Assembly (NCBI GenBank): GCA_036337435.1
Contig: JAYZEG010000022.1
Coordinates: forward strand, 1-21,208
DNA: 21,208 nucleotides
Direction: 5' to 3'
Source: Myxococcota bacterium
GTDB taxonomy: Bacteria; Myxococcota_A; Bradymonadia; UBA7976; UBA1532
The translations under genes were made by a program, and so were the position numbers. Under the pieces are notes generated by a model. It had not been told where the DNA came from, made no database searches, and was given only the letters and a program-made list of their open reading frames with translations. Of this stretch, positions 7,601 to 16,044 are shown piece by piece; position 1 is the first letter of the stretch, and each line of letters begins with the position of its first letter.

Positions 7601-9423
7601 TGCTTGCCGCCTTCAATCACAGGCATATCTTTATCGACCCAAATCCGGACCCTGCCAAATCATTCGAAGAGCGAAGCAGGCTTTTTTACAAGGGCCGAAC
7701 ACAATGGACAGACTACAGCCCAGACATCATTTCAGATGGCGGTGGCGTTTACGATCGCAACGCCAGGAAAATCAGCCTCTCAGAACCAGCAAAGAAAGCC
7801 CTCGGCATCGCTGATGACGCACTCAGCGGAGAAGAGGTCATCCGAGCTATTCTCAAAGCGGATGTAGACCTCCTTTGGAATGGTGGCATCGGCACATATG
7901 TCAAAGCCTCAGCAGAAACCCATCAGGATGTCGGCGATAAGGACAACGACGCAGTTCGCGTTGATGCCCTCGAAGTGCGGGCCAAAGTGATCGGCGAAGG
8001 AGGCAATCTTGGGCTCACGATGAAGGGCCGCTGCGAATACGCCGAAATGGGAGGGCATGTGAACTTAGATGCAATCGACAATTCCGGTGGCGTCGACCTG
8101 AGCGATCATGAAGTTAATTTGAAAACGCTGCTTGGTATGGCCGTTGACAGTGGTGAACTGAAGAAAGATGACCGTGACGCACTGCTTATCCGTGTTGGTG
8201 ACGCTGTTTGTGAGGACGTTCTCGAAAATAGTCGCATCAACGCACTCGGCATTAGCCTCGATGTCCTTCGCAGCGAAGCCGACCTTTGGTCTCATTACCG
8301 CGGCCTCATGCAATTGAGAGACGACCTGGGTTTTAAACGCCGGGTCGAGCGTTTACCAAACACAACCCATTGTGAGACACGTGTTGGTCGAGGCCAGGGT
8401 TTCTTCCGGCCAGAACTGGGCAAACTTCTCGCATTCAGCAAGATGTATTCTTACCGGCGACTCTTAGAGCAACCAGCCGGCACCCCTGACCAACTGCTGC
8501 CCTTTATCAGGAGCTATTTCCCGACAGACGTCGTAGAGCAGCATGGCCAACACTTACAGAGTCATATGCTCTTCAACGAAATTGCCGCCACAGTACAGGT
8601 CAACCATATCGTCGGACGGGCGGGGATTAAGTTCTTACCCATGATGTCAACGGCGATGGAACGAGACGTTTCTGAAGTCGTGGCTTGCTACTTCATCCTT
8701 GAGGATATTCTGGGCATTAAGGATATCCGAAAAGAGATAGAGGATCTGGAGGGCACGCTTCCCACGAGTGCACTTTATCCAGCACATATTGCGGTCGACG
8801 AACATTTGCAGCGAGCAGTTTTCGCCTTGCTGACACTCCGGCTGGGTCAGGCCTCTCTTGGATGGCGCGATGACATCGAGCCAGGTCGGCGAGCAGTGTC
8901 GGAATTTCTCCAAAATCCGAAAAGCTTCCTGTCAAAAACAGCGCGTGAACCGATCGTGGCTCAGCAAGACGAGCTTGTGGATTTTGGCCTCCCCAAGGTC
9001 CTCAGCCAGAAGATTGCGGCACTCCAGGCGGCCGCATACATCCCGGCAGCCCGCTGGACTGCTGACCGCAACGGCATTAAATGGGAGACCTTTCTCAACC
9101 ATTTCTTCTACGCTGGCGCAATGACTCAGATCACGCCACTCAGAGACAAAATCGCAAGGCAAAATTATGAGGGAGACTGGGACCAGCTTGCGATTCACAG
9201 CATTGACAAGGCGCTCTTAAATAGCTTGATTGACGTCGTAAAGAATACGAGTCGTACACATGAGGCTCCGGACGAATCGCCCACCCTCAGTTCAACCGGT
9301 CCATTCGGCAAGATTGCAACCCAGATCAATGCATTCAGCAAGGAACGGATACCGGTGAGTGCGTGCTTTGTCCTAAACGAGCGGATTCGTGAACAAGTCA
9401 CTCTTCTCAGCGAGCAGAACTAA
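4630..9423 (+). CDS. gdhB: Large (~180 kDa class) NAD-specific glutamate dehydrogenase
   Basis: 1597 aa with HLRGGKVARGGLRWSDR, QMLKNTLIVPVGAKGGF, DPYLVVAADKGTA, DAFASGGS.GYDHK..GITAKGAW, GIGDMSGDVFGNGMLLS, DLLWNGGIGTY, GEGGNLG and DAIDNSGGVDLSDHEVNLK. Purine-rich RBS region upstream. Confidence 0.97.
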   Translation: MDRKLARTELIDRLLAEMDGAKHKASENSGFAQMFAQAILKRVDNKYLFKHRLTTLGSQLADSATWVRDNIGNEEIIVRAFRPTEDDNGYALEGKIVETLMPDQPFVYDTLKLLMKRNDIRVHNSLNVIIPLEKNSDGQFSIQAKIQDSSINYSYTRWFVDMEEDITRQEILDDLQNSLRMSRAMVSDFHRMVKTIHDAANDFDYLAKLKKDESSDVEEVRSFLDWLTRDNFVFMGISKYSTNGDTVTVEADKGLGSMRGQSMPSGVTTDRVLNFFKERDGELWPIARVQKSALNSIVHRSGKVDEILIRTFDDTGQFQGGIGIHGLFTFKGLGEPGGKIPILRRKVARVISNHNPVQGSYEHKSLVSAFNSLPVEYLFEAKDDVIDNLLDLALRAESTGEFQADLAPSRDGSSVYVFVVVPKAHFSDELRSSLQTHLQDQLGASYCDHRIHIGKFGSVSLHFYCTGELKFEESNLSALREQLFDLGTPWSHRLRTSLDAALDERTSGAYFDRFGDIFPEGYTDIVHPDDCVVDIQHLDKLLADGRARFEIFSSRKNPKQALLRIYSQEEVSLTKILPLVDNFGIEVAEQYSFEVEPGRAQKVWINTLRVERGDDDLLAHRPALIDGIAAVFFGLMRSDRLNRLLLLAKITWQDVDLLRAYSIYSRQLAQPFQLEGVRKIFMTHKDFVRGLVDFFKLRFEPKAKLSLSQRAKKATKKAEELFTYLDSVKTFEEDRVLRTFLNYAQATMRTNFYVPKDGEHFLSFKIDSSLIEEMPSPRPLYEILVHHAELDGIHLRGGKVARGGLRWSDRPDDFRSEVLGLMATQMLKNTLIVPVGAKGGFVLTDPPEDYQQARSEADRLYKIFIRGLLEVTDNIVDGKVVGPVSVVKHDPDDPYLVVAADKGTAHLSDTANALSADANFWLSDAFASGGSIGYDHKEKGITAKGAWVSVRQHFLELDIDPETDPITAVGIGDMSGDVFGNGMLLSSSMKLLAAFNHRHIFIDPNPDPAKSFEERSRLFYKGRTQWTDYSPDIISDGGGVYDRNARKISLSEPAKKALGIADDALSGEEVIRAILKADVDLLWNGGIGTYVKASAETHQDVGDKDNDAVRVDALEVRAKVIGEGGNLGLTMKGRCEYAEMGGHVNLDAIDNSGGVDLSDHEVNLKTLLGMAVDSGELKKDDRDALLIRVGDAVCEDVLENSRINALGISLDVLRSEADLWSHYRGLMQLRDDLGFKRRVERLPNTTHCETRVGRGQGFFRPELGKLLAFSKMYSYRRLLEQPAGTPDQLLPFIRSYFPTDVVEQHGQHLQSHMLFNEIAATVQVNHIVGRAGIKFLPMMSTAMERDVSEVVACYFILEDILGIKDIRKEIEDLEGTLPTSALYPAHIAVDEHLQRAVFALLTLRLGQASLGWRDDIEPGRRAVSEFLQNPKSFLSKTAREPIVAQQDELVDFGLPKVLSQKIAALQAAAYIPAARWTADRNGIKWETFLNHFFYAGAMTQITPLRDKIARQNYEGDWDQLAIHSIDKALLNSLIDVVKNTSRTHEAPDESPTLSSTGPFGKIATQINAFSKERIPVSACFVLNERIREQVTLLSEQN

Positions 9424-9538
9424 AGCTGTTATGCGAGGCATTGAGCGGTTTGTCAGGCAAAAGGGACCGCCCCCTCTTTATTTCTCGTAATCCTAGACAA
9501 TGGCGATTATGGTGCCGCCCGACGTCAGGAGGATAGAG

Positions 9539-10204
9539 ATGTATACCGCAGACGAACTCAGGGACCGTTATACCCAACAGCCACGGAATATGGACGCGTA
9601 CCTCCGCAAGCTGACTTATATCGACACAGGCGTGGATAAACCCTTCCCTGCCCTAAAACTCTTACTCGCGACGGCCGCGTTCGTTGCTGGCACCTATTAT
9701 TACAGCACACTCACGGAGACGAACCTCCAGACGGCCGCAATGGTCAGCCTAGCATTGTACATGGGGGTCGCCATACAAATTGTACGAGCAGCCTCCCAGA
9801 CGGAGCATAATGTGAGGCTTATCAAAAGGGCGCATCTCAGTACCGCTCGAGTGTTCGAGGGGGACAATCAATTGTTTCAGCAAGGTGGAGAGCCCGGAAA
9901 GGCGACTGTCCTCTTTAGCCTCTGCGATGACAATCGTCATGGCTCCGCCTACCTGAAAGATGTAACCAAGAAACTCAGAGCAGCGTATCAGAAACGCGAT
10001 GACGAAAGCCTCAGCCAGGCATTCGACCTTGTGAGTGGTGCCAGCACGGCTGCTGCGCCTCTGCCAGAAAGCCTAGCGAGCGACGGGCAGACCTGGGTTG
10101 CCCGCATCGAAGTCATACCAGACCGCCTCCCGGATGAACGGATTGTCAACCAACAACTCCTTGTATTGAGCGTACCTGAGCAAAACTTTGTCGCCCAACT
10201 CTAG
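9539..10204 (+). CDS. Hypothetical membrane protein (two N-proximal TM helices plus soluble C-terminal domain)
   Basis: Hydrophobic stretches ALKLLLATAAFVAGTYYY and AAMVSLALYMGVAIQIV. AGGAGG (9527-9532) sits 6 nt before ATG 9539, favouring it over the track start at 9500. Confidence 0.75.
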   Translation: MYTADELRDRYTQQPRNMDAYLRKLTYIDTGVDKPFPALKLLLATAAFVAGTYYYSTLTETNLQTAAMVSLALYMGVAIQIVRAASQTEHNVRLIKRAHLSTARVFEGDNQLFQQGGEPGKATVLFSLCDDNRHGSAYLKDVTKKLRAAYQKRDDESLSQAFDLVSGASTAAAPLPESLASDGQTWVARIEVIPDRLPDERIVNQQLLVLSVPEQNFVAQL

Positions 10205-10250
10205 AGCCCGACATCCTGCACTGAGCTGTCTCACTCCACCCATTGCTCCC

Positions 10251-10279
10251 TTGACCAAAGCAAGGACACGATCTTTAAT
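10251..10279 (+). promoter_or_regulatory. Sigma70-type promoter candidate TTGACC-N17-TTTAAT
   Basis: 5/6 match at both the -35 and -10 boxes with 17-nt spacing, 33 nt upstream of ATG 10313. Confidence 0.6.
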
Positions 10280-10312
10280 TGAGCTAGGTGGAAACCAAAT
10301 ACGGGGGATTGA

Positions 10313-11032
10313 ATGGAACGCTCATCAGGTAAAATTGATGCCATCGTAGACCGTCAGGTCCGACTTTGGCTTGAGGCAAGGAAACTAAATGCCGGCTCTC
10401 GGGACGACACATCCGTGATGCCCTGCATCACTCTGTCGAGGCAGTATGGTTCCCGTGGCGCCGAACTTGGTCAATTACTCGCTCAAAAGTCCGGCTTTGC
10501 CTTCTGGGATCAGGCGATCGTCAATGCGCTTTCCAAAAGGGCAGGCGTCGACGAACAAATGGTTGCGACATTGGATGAAAACACCCGCACATCAATGGAC
10601 GTCTTTATCGATACAATCCTGAGGGGGCGTTCCTATTCCGAGGGGGAATACCTGCGACAATTGATGCGCTTCGTTCATACACTTGGCAAACATGGGGAAT
10701 CGGTCATCGTTGGGCGTGGTGCGCAGTACATTCTGGATGAGAGTTCAGCCCTGCATGTTCGAGTCATCTCCCCATTTTCAAAACGGGTCCGGCAATTGGC
10801 CAAACGAAAAGACATATCGGAGCGTGCAGCAGCAGCTGAAATTGAACGGGTTGGCAAAGAGCGTATCGCCTTCATAGAGCGCCAATACGGGCGGGATATC
10901 TCAGAAACAAGTGCCTATGACCTCGTTGTTAATTTGGGCACGTTGAGCCTCGAACAAGCACTTGAAATCATTGCTGTCGCCTATGAACAGCGTTTTGGAT
11001 TACGTCCTGCAGCCGCGACATCTCAAGTTTAA
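10313..11032 (+). CDS. Cytidylate kinase-like family protein (Cytidylate_kin2 type)
   Basis: ITLSRQYGSRGAELGQLLA variant P-loop, FWDQAIV, VIVGRGAQYIL, LHVRVISPFSKRV and YDLVVN are typical of this family. Confidence 0.88.
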   Translation: MERSSGKIDAIVDRQVRLWLEARKLNAGSRDDTSVMPCITLSRQYGSRGAELGQLLAQKSGFAFWDQAIVNALSKRAGVDEQMVATLDENTRTSMDVFIDTILRGRSYSEGEYLRQLMRFVHTLGKHGESVIVGRGAQYILDESSALHVRVISPFSKRVRQLAKRKDISERAAAAEIERVGKERIAFIERQYGRDISETSAYDLVVNLGTLSLEQALEIIAVAYEQRFGLRPAAATSQV

Positions 11033-11033
11033 G

Positions 11034-11177
11034 TAACCGACAGTCATCGCAGACAATCGAACCGAGGGCACCAGCGGGTACTGCTGGTTCGACCTGATCG
11101 CCAACCAACACGTCCCAACGGGCACCGATGGCGATTATGTCGCGCTCTTAGATTGTACTCTTGGTCGATGTCGGTTA
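11034..11177 (+). other. Highly self-complementary intergenic element; candidate structured RNA or tldD leader
   Basis: Nested pairings: TAACCGACA/TGTCGGTTA, ACAATC/GATTGT, GAGGGC/GCGCTC (1 mismatch), ACCAGCGG/CTGCTGGT and TGATCGCCA/TGGCGATTA extended by GAC/GTC. Confidence 0.45.
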
Positions 11178-11209
11178 TTCCTATTGGCCTTGCACATGAG
11201 GTCTTAGAC

Positions 11210-12598
11210 ATGCTGAACGATAATATCGCGCGAACTGTAATCGACCACGCTCTCGAAACGGGAGCGGACTTTGCGGAGCTTTTCGTCGAACAAAACTTAA
11301 CATCCAACCTCGAATTTTCCTCGGGCGACATCGAGTCGATACAGTCAGGCATCGATTTCGGAATTGGGATCAGACTCTTCTTTGGCGAACGTGTTTTGTA
11401 CGGATATACAAACCGGACCGATGTCGACGAGTTGCGACGGATAACAACCGAATTGGTTGCCAATCAACGATTGACGACACCGAAACACAACGCGCCACAC
11501 TTTGAAACGCAGGCCTACGCTGACCGACATGAAAGTAGAACGCCTCTTGTAAAAATAGACGACCTCGAGGCTAAAATTGAGTACGCCCGACGGGTCGATC
11601 AAGCCGCTCGAGGCGAGAACGAGAAGATCTCTCAGGTCATCGCCCGGATCTTACAAAGACAGCAGAACATTGTGATCTTCAACTCCGACGGCCTTCACGT
11701 CGCAGACACCCGAAATTATTGCAGATTGCAGGGCATCGCTGTGGCCACCGACGGAACCGAGCAATCCAACGGCCACCATCTACCTGGTGCCCTCAAGGGT
11801 TGGGAATTTAGTGATGAGGTAAGTCCCGAATCCATCGGAGTTGAAGCGGCGCGCATCGCCCTGGTCACACTCGGAGCAGATGATTGTCCATCTGGCGACA
11901 TGCCTGTGGTCCTGGGCAACGGCTTCGGAGGGGTTATTTTTCATGAAGCCTGTGGGCACCTCCTTGAGACAACGTCCGTTGCCCAGAAGGCATCGGTCTT
12001 TCATGACCAACTTGGTGAGCTGATTGCAAACCCGGTCGTCAATGCAGTCGATGATGGTCTCATGACAGGCCAGTGGGGGTCCATTAACATTGACGATGAA
12101 GGAATGCAGACCAAGCGAACCCAACTGATTAAAGATGGGCGTTTAGAAAGCTTTCTGGTCGATAAGATGGGCGCCCTCAAGACTGGATATGAACGCACAG
12201 GCTCAGGCCGACGCCAATCCTATCGGTTCGCACCAGCGTCTCGAATGCGAAACACCTTTATCGAGCCCGGGGAGAGCTCTCTTGACGACATGATTTCAAG
12301 TATCGATAAGGGCATTTATGCTCGCACGATGGGTGGCGGCTCCGTCACCCCCGGCACAGGCGAGTTTAATTTCTCGATCATCGAACCCTATTTGATCGAG
12401 AATGGCAAAGTGAGCCGGCCACTCAAATCCGCGACGCTGATCAGCACCGGCCCCGACGTTCTCAAGCGAATCAGCATGGTCGGCAACGACTTCAAGCTGG
12501 CTGCCGGCATGTGCGGTTCGGTGAGCGGTGCCGTTCCAACAACCGTTGGACAACCCGCCATCAAGGTGGACCAAATTCTCGTGGGAGGCCAAGCATGA
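11210..12598 (+). CDS. tldD: TldD metalloprotease, catalytic subunit
   Basis: GADFAELFVE, GIGIRL, intact HExxGH (IFHEACGHLLE), IDDEG, GSGRRQSY...SRMRNTF, C-terminal GMCGS Cys ligand and VGQPAIKV. GAGGT RBS before ATG 11210; the track's TTG start at 11153 is likely an over-extension. Confidence 0.95.
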   Translation: MLNDNIARTVIDHALETGADFAELFVEQNLTSNLEFSSGDIESIQSGIDFGIGIRLFFGERVLYGYTNRTDVDELRRITTELVANQRLTTPKHNAPHFETQAYADRHESRTPLVKIDDLEAKIEYARRVDQAARGENEKISQVIARILQRQQNIVIFNSDGLHVADTRNYCRLQGIAVATDGTEQSNGHHLPGALKGWEFSDEVSPESIGVEAARIALVTLGADDCPSGDMPVVLGNGFGGVIFHEACGHLLETTSVAQKASVFHDQLGELIANPVVNAVDDGLMTGQWGSINIDDEGMQTKRTQLIKDGRLESFLVDKMGALKTGYERTGSGRRQSYRFAPASRMRNTFIEPGESSLDDMISSIDKGIYARTMGGGSVTPGTGEFNFSIIEPYLIENGKVSRPLKSATLISTGPDVLKRISMVGNDFKLAAGMCGSVSGAVPTTVGQPAIKVDQILVGGQA

Positions 12599-13926
12599 GT
12601 CTATCGAGCCATGACTTGATCACAACACTATTGGACCGTGCTGTTGGTCTCGGTGCGGCTGCCGATGTCGTGCTGACCGGGGCGAAAAAGTTGTCGCTCA
12701 AAGCGCAAGACGGGGAGTTGTCGGAATATTCAGTAGCGTCAACGCGGTCGGTCGGAATTCGCTTAATCAAAGATGCCCACGTCGGCATGAGCTACTCAGA
12801 AAGCCTCGAGCCTGACGCGCTCGACCGAATGTTCAACACAGCGGTCGACAACGCTCGATTTTCCCGCAAAAATCCCGATGAAAGCATCGTTGCACCGGCC
12901 CTTTCGATCGATGCGGACGATGCTGAACGGAATCGAAAGGATACGGCAACGACGAGCGATAAGATTGAAACCGTGCTCCATCTCGAACGGGCTATGGCCG
13001 ACCGTCCAATCCCAGCAAAGGCACCCTACAATGGTTTGGTCGATGTGGAATACGAGCATTTCGTAGCAAATACCAACGGCGCATCCTGCACTCAACGTGA
13101 ACGCCAAGTAAGCTGCTATACATCGGCCTTAATCGACAGTGAGGGCAAACAGAGCCTGTTTTATGCAGGCACCGGTGCTCGCGCTTTCCCAGACCTCGAC
13201 ATCAGCCACTGCATCGACTCGGTCTATTCGACCTCACTCGCGTTATTAGACGGCGCGCCCATCGAGACTGGCAAATACGATGTCATCTTCAGTCACGACT
13301 GCCTTACTGACGTCCTTGGTGCCTTCGGGCAAGCATGGAGCGGGCAAGCGGCGCAAAAAGGAATGACCCGCTTCAAGGACCAGGTTGGCGATACGGTCGC
13401 GTCACCTGAGTTGACCCTTTCCGATGCCAGCTGTGTTGAGGGCGGCCTAGCCTATGCGGCCTTCGATGACGAAGGATTTGCTGCGAAGGATACCGCAATC
13501 ATCGCTTCGGGCATTCTCGAGACGTTGCTTCATAACAGTGTCAGTGCCAAGTACTTCAAAGTTCAGACCACCGCGAACGGCTCACGCTCACCGAAGGGCA
13601 AACTCAGCGTCGCGAGCCGACACTTGATCATTGATGCTGGGCCCGACACAGATCCAACCGCCGGCACCTATCTTGAGATCGTTTCGTTACAAGGCATTCA
13701 TTCCGGTGCCAATCTTGTTACGGGCAATTTTTCATTCGGAGCCCAAGGGTTTCTCTGTCGTGATGGGGTACGTATTCAGGCGGTACGAGGGGTTACAGTG
13801 GCCAGCAACTTCTATTCTCTACTCGGCCGGATCTCGGCAATTGGGGGCCAGCAAATTTGGAACAACCGTCGGACCCTTCTGGCGCCGATCGTGCGTTTTA
13901 GTGATTGCTCCGTCGCTGGTTCATGA
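12595..13926 (+). CDS. pmbA: TldE/PmbA family partner subunit
   Basis: VGIRLIKD..G.SYSE, FDDEG, TANGSR, GIHSGANLVTGNFSFGAQG and VTVASNF, with no HExxH. GGAGG RBS and ATGA overlap with the tldD stop. Confidence 0.92.
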   Translation: MSLSSHDLITTLLDRAVGLGAAADVVLTGAKKLSLKAQDGELSEYSVASTRSVGIRLIKDAHVGMSYSESLEPDALDRMFNTAVDNARFSRKNPDESIVAPALSIDADDAERNRKDTATTSDKIETVLHLERAMADRPIPAKAPYNGLVDVEYEHFVANTNGASCTQRERQVSCYTSALIDSEGKQSLFYAGTGARAFPDLDISHCIDSVYSTSLALLDGAPIETGKYDVIFSHDCLTDVLGAFGQAWSGQAAQKGMTRFKDQVGDTVASPELTLSDASCVEGGLAYAAFDDEGFAAKDTAIIASGILETLLHNSVSAKYFKVQTTANGSRSPKGKLSVASRHLIIDAGPDTDPTAGTYLEIVSLQGIHSGANLVTGNFSFGAQGFLCRDGVRIQAVRGVTVASNFYSLLGRISAIGGQQIWNNRRTLLAPIVRFSDCSVAGS

Positions 13927-13972
13927 GGCCGCCTCGACCAGATTGCATTCAGCCAAGAACAGGAGCCCACGG

Positions 13973-16027
13973 ATGAGCATCAGCCCGAGACCTCACGGGG
14001 TCTACCCTAACCTCCTCAGTCCACTCACTATCGGGTCAACCACCCTGAGAAACCGAACGCTGATGGGCTCAATGCACACGGGGCTTGAGGAAAAGAGGGG
14101 TGGATTTAAACGGCTGGCGGCCTATTTTGCTGAACGCGCACGTGGGGAAGCTGGCCTGATTGTCACAGGCGGATTCTCGCCCAACCGTGCTGGTTGGTTG
14201 AAGCCCTTCGCTGCCAAATTGTCGACCGCCAAGGAGGCGACAAAGCATAAGCTGATCACCGACGCCGTTCATGCCGAAGGCGGACTCATTTGTCTTCAAA
14301 TATTGCACGCTGGCCGGTATGGCTATCACCCCTTTTGCGTCGCACCAAGCAAGCTCAAAAGCCCCATCAGCCTGTTCACCCCGAGGCCCATGACAGGCAA
14401 AATGATCAAGGGCACCATAAGAGACTTCGTGCGGTGTGCACGCCTCGCCCAAGACGCCGGTTATGATGGGGTTGAAATCATGGGATCCGAGGGCTACCTG
14501 ATCAATCAGTTCATCGCCGAAAGGACTAACCGGCGGACAGATGAGTGGGGTGGCTCTTACGAAAATCGGATTCGCTTCGCCAAAGAGATCGTGGAGCAGA
14601 CTCGCGCGGCTGTTGGCCCTGATTTCTTAATCATCTTTCGCCTTTCAATGCTGGACCTGGTGGAAGGAGGAAGCACCCATGAAGAGGTCCTTTATTTGGC
14701 TAAAGTATTAGAAGCTGCTGGCGTCAGCATTATCAACACGGGCATTGGGTGGCATGAGGCCAGAGTGCCGACCATTGGCACCATGGTGCCAAGGGCTTCG
14801 TTCACCTGGGTCACTGAACGCTTGATGAACGAGGTCAATGTTCCATTGGTGACATCCAATCGAATCAATACGCCCGAGATAGCTGAACAGGTTCTCCGCG
14901 ACGGTCATGCGGATATGGTCTCTATGGCGAGACCCTTTTTGGCTGATGCTGATTTTGTGAAAAAAGCGCGCGAGGAAAAGGCCGACCGGATCAACACCTG
15001 TATCGCATGTAATCAGGCCTGCCTGGACCACGCGTTTAAGAACAAGATTGCAAGCTGCCTAGTGAACCCACGAGCGTGTCATGAGACGGAAGTGCTGTTC
15101 AAGCCAACGGTCAGCAGAAAAAAACTGGCCGTTGTCGGTGCTGGCCCAGCTGGTCTGGCTTTCTCAACCTATGCGGCAGAACGTGGGCATGAGGTAACGC
15201 TTTTCGATGCGTCCAACGAGATCGGTGGCCAATTTAACGTCGCCAAGAAGGTTCCGGGCAAAGAAGAGTTCTATGAAACGTTACGGTACTACAAAAACCG
15301 ACTGGCGGACACGGGTGTGACCGTGGTCTTAGGGCAACGGCAGACAGCAGAAAGCCTGCTTGCCGCCAACTCCGATGCGTATATTTTGGCAACCGGTGTC
15401 CATCCTCGGAAAGTGCAATTCCCCGGTCATGACCACCCGAAAGTGATGGGCTATCTAGACGTGTTCAAAGCTGACGCGAAGATCGGAAAACGGGTTGCAA
15501 TCATCGGGGCCGGCGGCATCGGATTTGATGTGGCTGAGTACTTGAGCTGTGACCAGGCGTCGACGGCACTGAACATCGATTCTTTCTTAGAAGAATGGGG
15601 CATCGAAAAGGATGCCGCCTATCGAGGCGGTATCGAGGGCGTCGAAGCACGCGTTGCTAAACCCGCTCGAGAGATTATTCTGCTGCAAAGATCTGAAGGC
15701 AAGCTGGGTGCAAAACTGGGGAAGACGACGGGCTGGATCCATCGAACCAAACTGAAGAAACGCCACGTCACTATGCTCCCCAATGTTGAGTATTTGCGAG
15801 TGGATGAGTACGGGCTGCACATTCGCAACAAGACAACGCGCGAAATCGAAATCCTTGAAGTCGACAATGTGATTATTTGTGCCGGACAAATCAGCAATCG
15901 AGACCTTGTTACTGAACTCGAGGCAGCCGGGGCGAACGTACATCTGATCGGGGGCGCAGACTTGGCAGCGGAGCTCGATGCGAAGCGTGCCATAGACCAA
16001 GGAACCCGACTGGCTGCAAAAATCTAA
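13973..16027 (+). CDS. fadH: NADPH-dependent 2,4-dienoyl-CoA reductase, FMN/FAD/[4Fe-4S] type (E. coli FadH-like)
   Basis: NRTLMGSMHTGLEE, QILHAGRY, MGSEGYLINQF (catalytic Tyr), GIGWHEARVPTI (catalytic His), CIACNQACLDH..CLVNP Fe-S motif, GAGPAG, GAGGIG, GKTTGWIHR and ELDAKRAI. AGGAG RBS before ATG 13973. Confidence 0.97.
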   Translation: MSISPRPHGVYPNLLSPLTIGSTTLRNRTLMGSMHTGLEEKRGGFKRLAAYFAERARGEAGLIVTGGFSPNRAGWLKPFAAKLSTAKEATKHKLITDAVHAEGGLICLQILHAGRYGYHPFCVAPSKLKSPISLFTPRPMTGKMIKGTIRDFVRCARLAQDAGYDGVEIMGSEGYLINQFIAERTNRRTDEWGGSYENRIRFAKEIVEQTRAAVGPDFLIIFRLSMLDLVEGGSTHEEVLYLAKVLEAAGVSIINTGIGWHEARVPTIGTMVPRASFTWVTERLMNEVNVPLVTSNRINTPEIAEQVLRDGHADMVSMARPFLADADFVKKAREEKADRINTCIACNQACLDHAFKNKIASCLVNPRACHETEVLFKPTVSRKKLAVVGAGPAGLAFSTYAAERGHEVTLFDASNEIGGQFNVAKKVPGKEEFYETLRYYKNRLADTGVTVVLGQRQTAESLLAANSDAYILATGVHPRKVQFPGHDHPKVMGYLDVFKADAKIGKRVAIIGAGGIGFDVAEYLSCDQASTALNIDSFLEEWGIEKDAAYRGGIEGVEARVAKPAREIILLQRSEGKLGAKLGKTTGWIHRTKLKKRHVTMLPNVEYLRVDEYGLHIRNKTTREIEILEVDNVIICAGQISNRDLVTELEAAGANVHLIGGADLAAELDAKRAIDQGTRLAAKI

Positions 16028-16044
16028 GTGTCACGGGATTGCCG

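Noticed and set aside
4599..9401. Numerous antisense and alternative-frame ORFs within the GDH gene (for example 6931-7437 minus), and similar ones inside other genes such as 1896-2447 and 18342-18986
   Set aside because: They lie within well-supported genes and show no recognisable motifs; these are shadow ORFs expected from codon bias at this GC content.
9458..9486. AAAAGGGACCGCCCCCTCTTTATTTCT after the GDH stop as an intrinsic terminator
   Set aside because: The stem is short and bulged and the U-tract is interrupted; too weak to call.
11078..11098. Minus-strand TCAGGTCGAACCAGCAG, reminiscent of the SRP RNA domain IV (CAGG...AGCA)
   Set aside because: It lacks the 3-bp stem plus GNRA tetraloop between the motifs, and wobble-pair polarity favours the + strand.
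11081..11107. GGTTCGAC followed by GCCA/ACCA, resembling a tRNA T-loop and CCA end
   Set aside because: No 5-bp T-stem, acceptor stem or anticodon arm can be built around it.
11153..12594. N-terminal extensions of TldD (from 11153) and PmbA (from 12511) in the ORF track
   Set aside because: Good RBSs and family N-termini support 11210 and 12595 (ATGA coupling).
11033..13926. RiPP/microcin biosynthetic cluster around tldD-pmbA
   Set aside because: No precursor-like small ORF, YcaO, radical SAM enzyme or exporter is present in the window.
13631..13972. 114-aa N-terminal extension of FadH in the ORF track
   Set aside because: It overlaps the pmbA coding region in another frame. Homology and an AGGAG RBS point to ATG 13973.
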